This document shows positions 8,764 through 16,085 of a DNA stretch of 24,000 nt, piece after piece. The stretch lies in sequence record MH230177.1; one strand, written 5' to 3'. A program made the translations under genes and the position numbers. The DNA comes from Aeromonas phage SD04. The notes under the pieces were generated by a model. The model was not told the DNA's origin. It made no database searches and saw nothing but the letters and a program-made list of their open reading frames with translations. Positions within the stretch are counted from its first letter, which is position 1; each line of letters opens with the position of its first letter.

Positions 8764-9651
8764 TTACTGCTGCCACGGCGGGACTGCTGCTTGTGCCGGA
8801 TGCGGTTCAGCTTGCTGCTGTGGCTGCGCTTGCTGCTGTGGTGCTGCTGCCTGGCCCGGCTGTGCTACCTGCTGCGCCCAAGGCTGCTGAGCTGCTTCCG
8901 GTGCTACTGGCTGTTGTACCGGAGCTTGCTGAACTGGCTGCTGCGGCGCTGCGTTTTGAGCAGGGTTATCCCACGGTTGCGGTGCGGCGTTCTGCCACGG
9001 TTGCGCTGCTGCGCCCTGCTGCGGTGCTGGTTGCTGCTGCACAGGCTGCTGAACTGGCTGCTGTTGCTGCACCGGAGCTTGCTGTTGTACAGGTGCTTGC
9101 TGTTGCTGAGCAAACGGGTTAGCTGCTGGCTGCTGCGGTGCTGCGCCCGGGAATGCTGGCTGCTGTGCTGGAGCACCTGCACCGAACGGGTTGGCTACTG
9201 CTGCTTGAGCACCCATTGCCGGAGCACCTGCTTCTTTTTCTGCATACTTAACCGGATCGTTGATGTTAGCGTAACCGTTCGGCTCGTTGCTGTCTTCATA
9301 ACCTTCCTGAGAACGAACTTTCAGACGCAGGTTCAGCGGAATGTTATGCAATTGAGCAGGAGTATCCCAGCGAATTACACCAACTGCATGGGACAGAGCG
9401 CCCAGTTGCTCGTAAGCGATACGCACAGTATCTTCGTTGTCATTGATGACGTTATAACGAGCAAAGATTTTACGCCCTTTAGCAAAACCGTCAATGATGC
9501 TAAACGTTACCTGGATCGCCATACCGCCATTTTTGGTCGGTTTAAATTCAGATGCTTCAATTACTGCTTTATACCAACCTTTCGGCAATGCGCCGTAAGA
9601 AGGTGCTTGATAGCTGCTCGCGTCAAAGTGGAAATTAGTTGGCATAGTCAT
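8764..9651 (-). CDS. DUF669-like phage protein (possibly ssDNA-binding) with Q/A/P-rich C-terminal tail
   Basis: 295 aa; N-terminal ~130 aa ALPKGWYKAVIEASEFKPTKNGG...NVINDNEDTVRIAYEQLGALSHAVG resembles DUF669; low-complexity QQAPVQQQ...PWQQ tail. Located next to the RecA-fold ATPase. Confidence 0.75.
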   Translation of the reverse strand: MTMPTNFHFDASSYQAPSYGALPKGWYKAVIEASEFKPTKNGGMAIQVTFSIIDGFAKGRKIFARYNVINDNEDTVRIAYEQLGALSHAVGVIRWDTPAQLHNIPLNLRLKVRSQEGYEDSNEPNGYANINDPVKYAEKEAGAPAMGAQAAVANPFGAGAPAQQPAFPGAAPQQPAANPFAQQQQAPVQQQAPVQQQQPVQQPVQQQPAPQQGAAAQPWQNAAPQPWDNPAQNAAPQQPVQQAPVQQPVAPEAAQQPWAQQVAQPGQAAAPQQQAQPQQQAEPHPAQAAVPPWQQ

Positions 9652-10379
9652 TAGTTGATACCTTTCATTTTGTTGATAACAGAACCTAAGTGTGGGACTT
9701 CAACCGCATCTAAACGTCCCGAACGATCCTTAGCGATTGTATTAAAGTCCGGTTGAGTTTGCAAGTAACGATACGAGTTACCTTGCTGATCCTTATTTAC
9801 ATTCAGACGAAACACTTCGTCGAAGAAATAAGGGAGCATTTGCCCCAATTTGGACCCAGGCATAGATGGAGCATACGCGGTAACACCGGAGACTTCATCT
9901 TTGTCTTTGCCCATTTTAGCAGACATATAAACATGTTTGCCAGGAATATCGCGAAATTTACGGATCAGATCTTGCATCTTTTCAAGCAAAGTACCATAAG
10001 CTTGACGAGGATCTTTTGTTCCTTTTTTCGCATTATTTAAACATTGTTCAGCAATTTCGCTCAAGCTGTCAAGCGCAATAGAATCGAAATACTGCTGGTT
10101 AGCTGGAGTTACACACCACTGATAAGCAGCTTCAACGTCCTCCAGACATTTAACTTCAATAACTGGGATATCATAAACGATCGGCAATCCCATGTTACCA
10201 TAAACGCGATTAAGGTTTTCCGCTGCAATAGATAACAGACCGGACTCTGCGCTGATCAAAATTGGTTTAGGTAGCGTGGCTACAAGGCTGGTTTTACCCA
10301 TACCCGCTTCACCGTAAACCAGAATTTTAACGCCTGTGTCTTGCACTACTTGTGAAGACATTTTAATTTCAATGGCCAT
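9651..10379 (-). CDS. Sak4-like / RecA-fold phage recombination ATPase
   Basis: 242 aa; Walker A VYGEAGMGKTSLV, SIALDSLSEI (Walker B-like), compact architecture typical of Sak4/AAA_24 phage proteins, partnered with the DUF669-like gene. Confidence 0.82.
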   Translation of the reverse strand: MAIEIKMSSQVVQDTGVKILVYGEAGMGKTSLVATLPKPILISAESGLLSIAAENLNRVYGNMGLPIVYDIPVIEVKCLEDVEAAYQWCVTPANQQYFDSIALDSLSEIAEQCLNNAKKGTKDPRQAYGTLLEKMQDLIRKFRDIPGKHVYMSAKMGKDKDEVSGVTAYAPSMPGSKLGQMLPYFFDEVFRLNVNKDQQGNSYRYLQTQPDFNTIAKDRSGRLDAVEVPHLGSVINKMKGIN

Positions 10380-10444
10380 TTAACGCCTCTCTTTTAAGTT
10401 CGTGCTCATTGTAACGTAATATACTTTGAACCCTCAATTACTTT

Positions 10445-11359
10445 TTAATCTAAAGCCTGATCAGTTTCATCGCGGAAATGCATAAAGTTAGCAAAACGCG
10501 GTTTATCTTTAACACCATGAGGGAAATGTTTATACGAAATAGTCCGACCTTTAATCTTATCAGGATTATTCCAATAATAAATCTTATCCTCTTGCGTTAA
10601 TTTACCAGGACTAACGTTGATTGTATTGCCAGTCTTAACGTCTTTACAAACAAGCGTCCCGATCATACCATTAGGAACTTTATTTTCCTGATGTGAAGAT
10701 CGTGTAGTCCTTCCCAGCTCGTTAACAGTGGCTTCATTAAGATTAGTTTCACCCTCAATAATATCGAGGACGATAGCGTCTTCCTGAATAAAGCGTTTAA
10801 TACGAAGATATCCACCTTCGCGAACTGTACCTCGCCCATGCTTATAGGGCTTGCCCGGATCACGGATAATAATACCTTCATAACCCATATCAAGCCAAAT
10901 GTTTTCCCAGTAGAGCAGCTCTTGCAAAGACTTAACCACATACATCGGCACAACTTGCAGATCGAGCAGTTCACCTTTCGCGTGCTGTGTGGTTATAAAG
11001 TCTTTCATCATGTTGTAGCGTGCTTCATAGCCCAGCTCTGCAACACTTTCCGCGCACAGATCAAAGATGTGCCATTTCAGGAATGGTTCACCTTCAATTG
11101 TGTTTACCGCACTGGTTGTTTTACGGCACAGATCCGGGTCCGTTTCAACTCCTGCCGCAAGCTCACCGTCATAGCCCATATATTGAGGACCGCTGAAAAT
11201 TGCGCTTGTATGGCGGTTTTTAAACAGCTTTAAGCTGCGCCCTACTATTTGCCCATCCGGATTTAAACCGCGTACACCGTCGATTTTAGGCAGTATGCAG
11301 CACGGAAACTTAATCTTTTCTTCAACCGCGTCAGTTGCTAAATGTGGTTTAAAAGACAT
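10445..11359 (-). CDS. ATP-dependent DNA ligase
   Basis: 304 aa; motif I PKIDGVRG, motif IV YEGIIIRDP, motif V GYLRIKRF. Confidence 0.9.
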   Translation of the reverse strand: MSFKPHLATDAVEEKIKFPCCILPKIDGVRGLNPDGQIVGRSLKLFKNRHTSAIFSGPQYMGYDGELAAGVETDPDLCRKTTSAVNTIEGEPFLKWHIFDLCAESVAELGYEARYNMMKDFITTQHAKGELLDLQVVPMYVVKSLQELLYWENIWLDMGYEGIIIRDPGKPYKHGRGTVREGGYLRIKRFIQEDAIVLDIIEGETNLNEATVNELGRTTRSSHQENKVPNGMIGTLVCKDVKTGNTINVSPGKLTQEDKIYYWNNPDKIKGRTISYKHFPHGVKDKPRFANFMHFRDETDQALD

Positions 11360-11360
11360 A

Positions 11361-11984
11361 CTACAACCTCATCCAAGTTTGATAGTCAGCTTCTGTATAA
11401 TGCTGTTCACGCTCACGTTTAGTAAGCATATCAGCTTTCTCTTTCATACGGGTATTACGACGTAAATGTCCGCTACCCTTTTTAGGTCTGTTTTCCTTTT
11501 TCTTTGCTTCGGAAATAAGCTCTTTGCATTCCTGCAAACGGATCTTGCTTCTTTCCAACCGCATAGCAGAACGCGCACGTTCATCGCAGAATCTTTGAGC
11601 TTTGCTACGTTGGTCCTGATTACTCGTATGACCTTTAACGTGGCGAAACTCAATAGTAAGATTATATTTGCGCAATTGATCGTTCAACCACTTGAAAGCG
11701 ACACCTTCTTGCTCGCTTTTCCAGCTTGCTTCTTTATAAACTTTAACAGCAGTTGAACAATCTGTCTGGACAACTAAATGATCACCCGAGTGGATTAAAT
11801 TAGCTTTTAATCCCTCCCAAATAACATTGCAAATTGCCATTGTTTCGGCTGCATTGTTATCCGGAGCGCCTCGTAATGGACCACCATTAGCATTACTTCC
11901 GCGGTTGCAAACTACCCATCCGCCATAGCCTGCGGCTTTTGTATTTGGACAAAAACTTGCATCAGAAATAATTGTTACTCGCAT
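11361..11984 (-). CDS. RNase HI-like protein with Lys/Glu-rich C-terminal extension
   Basis: Start ATG 11984 (MRVTIISDASFCPNTKAAGYGGWVV); acidic residues in SDAS, DNNAAE, VQTDC; VKGHTSNQDQRSKAQRFCDERA; charged tail after the RNase H domain. Confidence 0.85.
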   Translation of the reverse strand: MRVTIISDASFCPNTKAAGYGGWVVCNRGSNANGGPLRGAPDNNAAETMAICNVIWEGLKANLIHSGDHLVVQTDCSTAVKVYKEASWKSEQEGVAFKWLNDQLRKYNLTIEFRHVKGHTSNQDQRSKAQRFCDERARSAMRLERSKIRLQECKELISEAKKKENRPKKGSGHLRRNTRMKEKADMLTKREREQHYTEADYQTWMRL

Positions 11985-11999
11985 AATAACTCCTGTTAA

Positions 12000-12021
12000 A
12001 AAGGGGTCTAAAGACCCCTTT
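12000..12021 (-). terminator. Intrinsic terminator downstream of 12028..12819
   Basis: Perfect stem AAAGGGGTC-loop-GACCCCTTT, followed on the minus strand by TT (TTTTT run including the stem base). Confidence 0.8.
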
Positions 12022-12027
12022 AGTTTA

Positions 12028-12819
12028 TTACAGTTTGTTTTTGAACTCTTCGATATATTGCTCGATCGGATACTGCTTACGCTTAAAACGATCAAACAAA
12101 ATCTTAGCAGCTTTTACGTCCTCTTTATTCTCCTTATTTGCGCCCGGTGCCATAAAGTCACGCCAGGTGAAACCGTTCAGAGTATGCATGTTTGCAATGT
12201 GTTTATTGTAACGGCTTTCCCAGTCTACACGCGGACCTTCCATCTTGCGTAAACCGCGTCCCAGCACCTGAACATACAGATCATGCTGACGTTGCACAGC
12301 TTCACCATTATAAGGGGCTGTTTTAAACTCAACAACACTACCGTTAAGATCTGCACCATCTGCAAAATTTTGCAACAGAGTGTCAATAACGTCATTGAAC
12401 GTCGGGACCGTCACTTTACCCTGAGCAATGCCCGCTAAGTAACCGACATTTTCTTCACCGTACAACTCGATCAGTTCTTTCTTGGTTGCTTCTGCTTCTT
12501 TGTTTGCGGACAAAGCCAACATCTGTTGTTCAAACATGTGTTCCTGTTCCAGGAAGTGGGCATAGCGTTCTTCGTCCACTTTGCACACAATCCATTTATA
12601 TTCAACATCCTTGCTGAAGTCCGGATACTGATCCACTTCTACTACTTCCGTAGTAAAGAACTTTCCGTTATATTGAATAACAACTGTATCGCCCGGCTGC
12701 AATTCGTCGCTTTCCAGGGCACGGTAGGTATAAAGACGACCACCTTCTTCAAACTTAACTTTGACAGTCACAACACCTTTCAGCAGGGCATGATAAGCTT
12801 TCTGAAATTCTTTACGCAT
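12028..12819 (-). CDS. Hypothetical protein
   Basis: 263 aa ORF MRKEFQKAYHALLKGVVTVKVKFEEGGRLYTYRALESDELQPGD... Confidence 0.8.
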   Translation of the reverse strand: MRKEFQKAYHALLKGVVTVKVKFEEGGRLYTYRALESDELQPGDTVVIQYNGKFFTTEVVEVDQYPDFSKDVEYKWIVCKVDEERYAHFLEQEHMFEQQMLALSANKEAEATKKELIELYGEENVGYLAGIAQGKVTVPTFNDVIDTLLQNFADGADLNGSVVEFKTAPYNGEAVQRQHDLYVQVLGRGLRKMEGPRVDWESRYNKHIANMHTLNGFTWRDFMAPGANKENKEDVKAAKILFDRFKRKQYPIEQYIEEFKNKL

Positions 12820-12861
12820 TTTTAGTTTCCTCTTGGGCGGTTGATCCGCCCGTTAATGTGG

Positions 12862-13272
12862 TTAAGCTTTATTTGGAACGATTTCCAGTGACGCAGATCC
12901 AACTTTAGATTCAACGCACTGGTTGAAGACTGCGGCTTGCTCCGCTGTAAGTTTACGCCAAGCCGCGACTTTCAATACAGGTTTATTTTCCACAAGCTGA
13001 TCAACGTCAACACCAACTTTAATCAGATCGCCCAGGATTCCGTTAAGGCTTGGAAGATCAATCTTACGATCAATCTTGTGAGTCATTTTCATAACCCCGC
13101 CAGTAATCTCAACTTTATTAGTCCCCTCAGACGGCGCTGGGAAATAGGACTTAATAATCTTATCACGGAGTGCTCGCTCACGAGCTTGCAGTTTCTGCAA
13201 TTCCGCTTTAGTTTTATACCACTCAATTACATCTGCTTCTGTTGCTTGTACTGCTTTATCTGCGTCGAACAT
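12862..13272 (-). CDS. Hypothetical protein
   Basis: Start ATG 13272 (MFDADKAVQATEADVIEWYKTKAELQKLQAR...), 136 aa. Confidence 0.75.
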   Translation of the reverse strand: MFDADKAVQATEADVIEWYKTKAELQKLQARERALRDKIIKSYFPAPSEGTNKVEITGGVMKMTHKIDRKIDLPSLNGILGDLIKVGVDVDQLVENKPVLKVAAWRKLTAEQAAVFNQCVESKVGSASLEIVPNKA

Positions 13273-13335
13273 TTTTCTATCCTCTGTTGTGTTTCGATGT
13301 ATGTATAGTAACACATCCATGTGCTTAAGCAAGAC

Positions 13336-13929
13336 TTATTTTTTATCTAAATGACGTGAAGTCATGATCGGATGCGTAGCAAATTCTTCCTCTGCTGTAA
13401 CCACATTGGCAGATGTACCAGTTGACCCGAAGCCATTAGCACCGCGCTCAGTAGTTTTGAGTTCGTCCACTTCTACCAGTTGCACGCAAGGCACCTTAAT
13501 AAGCATAGCTTGCGCAATACGATCACCATGACTAACGGTAAAACTACCATCGTGATCGATAGTAAGCTTAACTTTAACTTCGCCAGTGTAGTCGCTATCG
13601 ATAACACCTACGCAGTTAGCCAAACGAACATCATTCTTGAATCCATGTCCACTCCGGGAATAGACCATAAGCGCATATCCTTTAGGGATATCAAATGCTA
13701 ACCCTGTACGGAATACGTGCTCGTAGGAGAAAATGATTTGTTCACAACCGTCTTCACTTTTGAGATCCGCGTGCAGGTCAAAGCAAGCTGCCCCAGCAGT
13801 AGCGAACGCTGGTAGAATTGCCGTATCAGTTAACCGCTTCACCCCGACCGGAATTGTGCTTAATGATGCAGCAAGTTTTTCAACATCAATTGCAAAAGAA
13901 TTTTTTGTGATATTTAATACGTCAGTCAT
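13336..13929 (-). CDS. dut: dUTPase (deoxyuridine 5'-triphosphate nucleotidohydrolase)
   Basis: 197 aa; motifs AACFDLHA, YSRSGHGFKNDVRLANCVGVIDSDYTGEV, GDRIAQAML, ERGANGFGSTG. Confidence 0.93.
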   Translation of the reverse strand: MTDVLNITKNSFAIDVEKLAASLSTIPVGVKRLTDTAILPAFATAGAACFDLHADLKSEDGCEQIIFSYEHVFRTGLAFDIPKGYALMVYSRSGHGFKNDVRLANCVGVIDSDYTGEVKVKLTIDHDGSFTVSHGDRIAQAMLIKVPCVQLVEVDELKTTERGANGFGSTGTSANVVTAEEEFATHPIMTSRHLDKK

Positions 13930-13938
13930 AATTTCACC

Positions 13939-14406
13939 TTATTGGATTGAACCGCGATCAATTAACCATTGTTTCGCGTGCGCTTTAAAAATAATGCGGT
14001 AGTCATCAAGACTAATTTCCGCGCGGATGGAGTCTTTAACTTCATACCATTGCCACTCACCGTTACTGAAGACAACTGGATTAAGCGGTAGAACAACCTT
14101 CCATCCTTTACGTTCTATTTTATACATAAGAACTGGATATCTTCCAAGTTCTTTAGCAGATTGAACAGTCTGCTTCCACCATGTGTTTACTTGTGGCGTA
14201 GCGTGGTTTTTTACTTCAACTGCATGGTGGCATGTATTGCTAATGTCGCAACCACCGACCGCACTTTGATTCTGGTTACGCTGAGCAATAGGTTTTTCCG
14301 GTAACTGCATCCCCAGCTCTGCGTAGATTTCGGCATAAATTGCATTAAAGAAATCGCATACTTCCCGCTCACCGCGTTGACCTTTAGCGCGAATATTTAC
14401 TGCCAT
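13939..14406 (-). CDS. PD-(D/E)XK endonuclease, Holliday-junction-resolvase-like
   Basis: Start ATG 14406 (MAVNIRAKGQRGEREVCDFFNAIYAEI...); GGCDISN...HHAVEVKNH...WWKQTVQSA catalytic pattern. Confidence 0.72.
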   Translation of the reverse strand: MAVNIRAKGQRGEREVCDFFNAIYAEIYAELGMQLPEKPIAQRNQNQSAVGGCDISNTCHHAVEVKNHATPQVNTWWKQTVQSAKELGRYPVLMYKIERKGWKVVLPLNPVVFSNGEWQWYEVKDSIRAEISLDDYRIIFKAHAKQWLIDRGSIQ

Positions 14407-14446
14407 GTTTGTCTCCATAACTTTAATGTAAAACACTTCATAAAGA

Positions 14447-14475
14447 ATTTTATATTGAAGTTCTGTTGATCTCAA
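14447..14475 (-). promoter_or_regulatory. Candidate sigma70 promoter
   Basis: Minus strand TTGAGA (14475-14470) - 17 nt - TAAAAT (14452-14447), immediately downstream of the 14480 terminator and upstream of the 14406 start. Confidence 0.55.
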
Positions 14476-14479
14476 GGAA

Positions 14480-14512
14480 CAAAAAAGCCCAGGCATAAGG
14501 ATTCCTGGGCTC
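14480..14512 (-). terminator. Strong rho-independent terminator
   Basis: Minus strand AGCCCAGG-AATCCTTATG-CCTGGGCT-TTTTTG. Confidence 0.88.
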
Positions 14513-14619
14513 TCTTGATTGTCGGATAGCTTACTTTGACTGCCGTCTTCGTCTATCCTGGCCTACTTGTACAGCCTCGCCAAAGGCTGGTGACGGTTTG
14601 GTACATCTGGCGCCGTCGC

Positions 14620-14793
14620 GTTAAACATCGTTCACATCGTTCAGTAAGTTGCGGGTTTATCCTGTCCGCTCCAGGAAGCCCGGCGAAAGTAGTTGCTGTA
14701 AGGAGGTACAGCTACCGCTTTCAAGGGCTTGAGTTAAGCATCGTTCACTAAGTTAATGTTGTTAAATTGTTAAACCTCGTTAACTGTGGTTAT
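14620..14793. repeat. Iteron-like array of GTTMA pentamers with ~9-bp period, in two clusters
   Basis: Plus-strand GTTAA/GTTCA at 14620, 14630, 14639 and at 14733, 14743, 14752, 14761, 14769, 14779 (then GTTAT at 14789): spacings 10,9 / 10,9,9,8,10,10. Confidence 0.75.
14685..14722. other. Near-palindromic hairpin presenting an exact SD (+) / anti-SD (-) sequence
   Basis: GAAAG-TAGTT-GCTGTA-AGGAGG-TACAGC-TACCG-CTTTC; the minus strand reads GCTGTACCTCCTTACAGC, containing ACCTCCTTA. Confidence 0.7.
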
Positions 14794-14823
14794 CTTAAAG
14801 GATGCAGTCTTGAATGGCAAGCT

Positions 14824-15138
14824 TCAATTTTGCGCGGTTCCCTTTGCCGCTTTTGGTGCTAAAGTACCATCATTCAACATCAACTCAAAACCTGTTACTT
14901 GATCGGTTGGAACAATAGGGTAATTCATGATAGCCATGTGGATACGACACCCTCCATCACATTCTTCGATGTATTCACTACCCCAATAGTATAAATGACC
15001 ATCTCTTCGAATATCCATTGCTGTAGGGAAATCTACAAGAATTCTTTTGATTTCTTTTCGTCCTTCTTTATGCAGATTAGTTTCAATACGGATAAGCTCC
15101 GCATAAATTGCTTCACAGATAGTATTTACAATACTCAT
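14824..15138 (-). CDS. Hypothetical protein
   Basis: 104 aa ORF MSIVNTICEAIYAELIRIETNLHKEGRKEIKRILVDFP... Confidence 0.7.
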   Translation of the reverse strand: MSIVNTICEAIYAELIRIETNLHKEGRKEIKRILVDFPTAMDIRRDGHLYYWGSEYIEECDGGCRIHMAIMNYPIVPTDQVTGFELMLNDGTLAPKAAKGTAQN

Positions 15139-15398
15139 TATTTCAAATCCTCAATAGCTTGCAAGACCCAACGAGGATCACGCGACCCACCAGCTAGGCG
15201 ACCTAACGATAAACTCATTATGTAAATGGACTCCGTTAAATGATATCCTTTAATATCATTGTATTTGCACAATTCTCGAATCGAAATAATGTCTTCAGCA
15301 AGATTATTTGGATCGTAGTCCTCGTTAATTTCTCTACGCATTTTAAAATATTCCGCAGCTATAATTAGCTTAGGTATAATGATATTTTTATGCATCAT
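15138..15398 (-). CDS. Hypothetical protein
   Basis: 86 aa ORF; start/stop overlaps with neighbours on both sides. Confidence 0.65.
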   Translation of the reverse strand: MMHKNIIIPKLIIAAEYFKMRREINEDYDPNNLAEDIISIRELCKYNDIKGYHLTESIYIMSLSLGRLAGGSRDPRWVLQAIEDLK

Positions 15399-15592
15399 TT
15401 ACTCCTTAAATTTTCAATCATTCTATCGCAGGCAGCTTTTACAGATGAGTTCTGCCAGTCTTCTTCGATTTGTGAAGGTTCTTCAGGCGAATAAGCAGCA
15501 CTAATTAAACACTGATTATAACCTTCAATATAAGCCTGTTTTGCGGTATCTACTATTGCTTGTAAAGCAATATTGAATAATTGTTGATCCAT
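15395..15592 (-). CDS. Hypothetical protein
   Basis: Start ATG 15592 (MDQQLFNIALQAIVDTAKQAYIEGYNQCLISAAY...), 65 aa; the track version starts further upstream. Confidence 0.65.
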   Translation of the reverse strand: MDQQLFNIALQAIVDTAKQAYIEGYNQCLISAAYSPEEPSQIEEDWQNSSVKAACDRMIENLRSK

Positions 15593-15600
15593 CTTACACC

Positions 15601-15675
15601 TCACAGAATATACATAAACCAGAAATAACCAGCCACGAAAATAGCACCCGCAAATAATTTTAAGATCTCGAACAT
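15601..15675 (-). CDS. Very small hydrophobic peptide (24 aa)
   Basis: ATG 15675 with strong GGAGGG ribosome-binding site: MFEILKLFAGAIFVAGYFWFMYIL*, a single predicted transmembrane segment; not in the ORF track because of length. Confidence 0.5.
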   Translation of the reverse strand: MFEILKLFAGAIFVAGYFWFMYIL

Positions 15676-15702
15676 TGTTCCCTCCGTTAACTTTATGCTG
15701 TA

Positions 15703-15730
15703 AGTATAGCAGGACTTGCGATGTATGCAA
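15703..15730 (-). promoter_or_regulatory. Candidate leftward promoter
   Basis: Minus strand TTGCAT - 16 nt - TATACT. Confidence 0.55.
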
Positions 15731-15774
15731 CAACTTTAGACTTGAAATGCATCTATAAAATAGCACGATTTGCC

Positions 15775-15803
15775 TTTACATCTGATCAGTCTAACTGTAC
15801 TAT
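15775..15803 (+). promoter_or_regulatory. Candidate rightward promoter for 15834..16058
   Basis: TTTACA - 17 nt - TACTAT. Confidence 0.5.
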
Positions 15804-15833
15804 TAACCCATAAACAAAGCGGAGGATTACAAA

Positions 15834-16058
15834 ATGGTCATGTTGAATAAAGTATATAGCACAATGGGCGCGGATTATAAAGTTGTACGCCACCCGCGTA
15901 CTGGAAAATTTGAAGCATATATCCGTCCAATGGGTGAAGGTTGGATGTATTACGGTACTTATGACGACGCTGAGCAAGCTTATGAAGAAGCGGAAAGTGC
16001 AGCGGAAGCATCCGAAATTATGGCAAGGTACGACGTCGATGATTACTATCTCAACTAA
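15834..16058 (+). CDS. Small acidic hypothetical protein, only rightward gene in this block
   Basis: 74 aa; strong RBS GCGGAGGATTACAAAATG; MVMLNKVYSTMGADYKVVRHPRTGKFEAYIRPMGEGWMYYGTYDDAEQAYEEAESAAEASEIMARYDVDDYYLN. Confidence 0.8.
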   Translation: MVMLNKVYSTMGADYKVVRHPRTGKFEAYIRPMGEGWMYYGTYDDAEQAYEEAESAAEASEIMARYDVDDYYLN

Positions 16059-16059
16059 C

Positions 16060-16085
16060 AATAAAGGGCCGAAAGGCCCTTTATT
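16060..16085. terminator. Bidirectional intrinsic terminator between convergent genes
   Basis: AATAAAGGGCC-GAAA-GGCCCTTTATT, perfect 11-bp stem with GAAA tetraloop. Confidence 0.9.

Noticed and set aside
8791-9654. 287-aa plus-strand ORF (and nearby 8793..9122, 8904..9182)
   Set aside because: Shadow ORFs of the Q/A/P repeat region (Leu/Arg/Cys-rich translations), direction opposite to the operon.
14536-14751. 71-aa plus-strand ORF in the 14.5-14.8 kb gap
   Set aside because: Arg/Val/Tyr-rich translation without domain resemblance, and it runs through the iteron-like array; treated as non-coding.
14521-14823. Possible tRNA or CRISPR array in the non-coding gap
   Set aside because: No acceptor/T-loop (GTTCRANNC with CCA-compatible cloverleaf) could be folded by eye, and the repeats are too short and too closely spaced for CRISPR repeat-spacer units.
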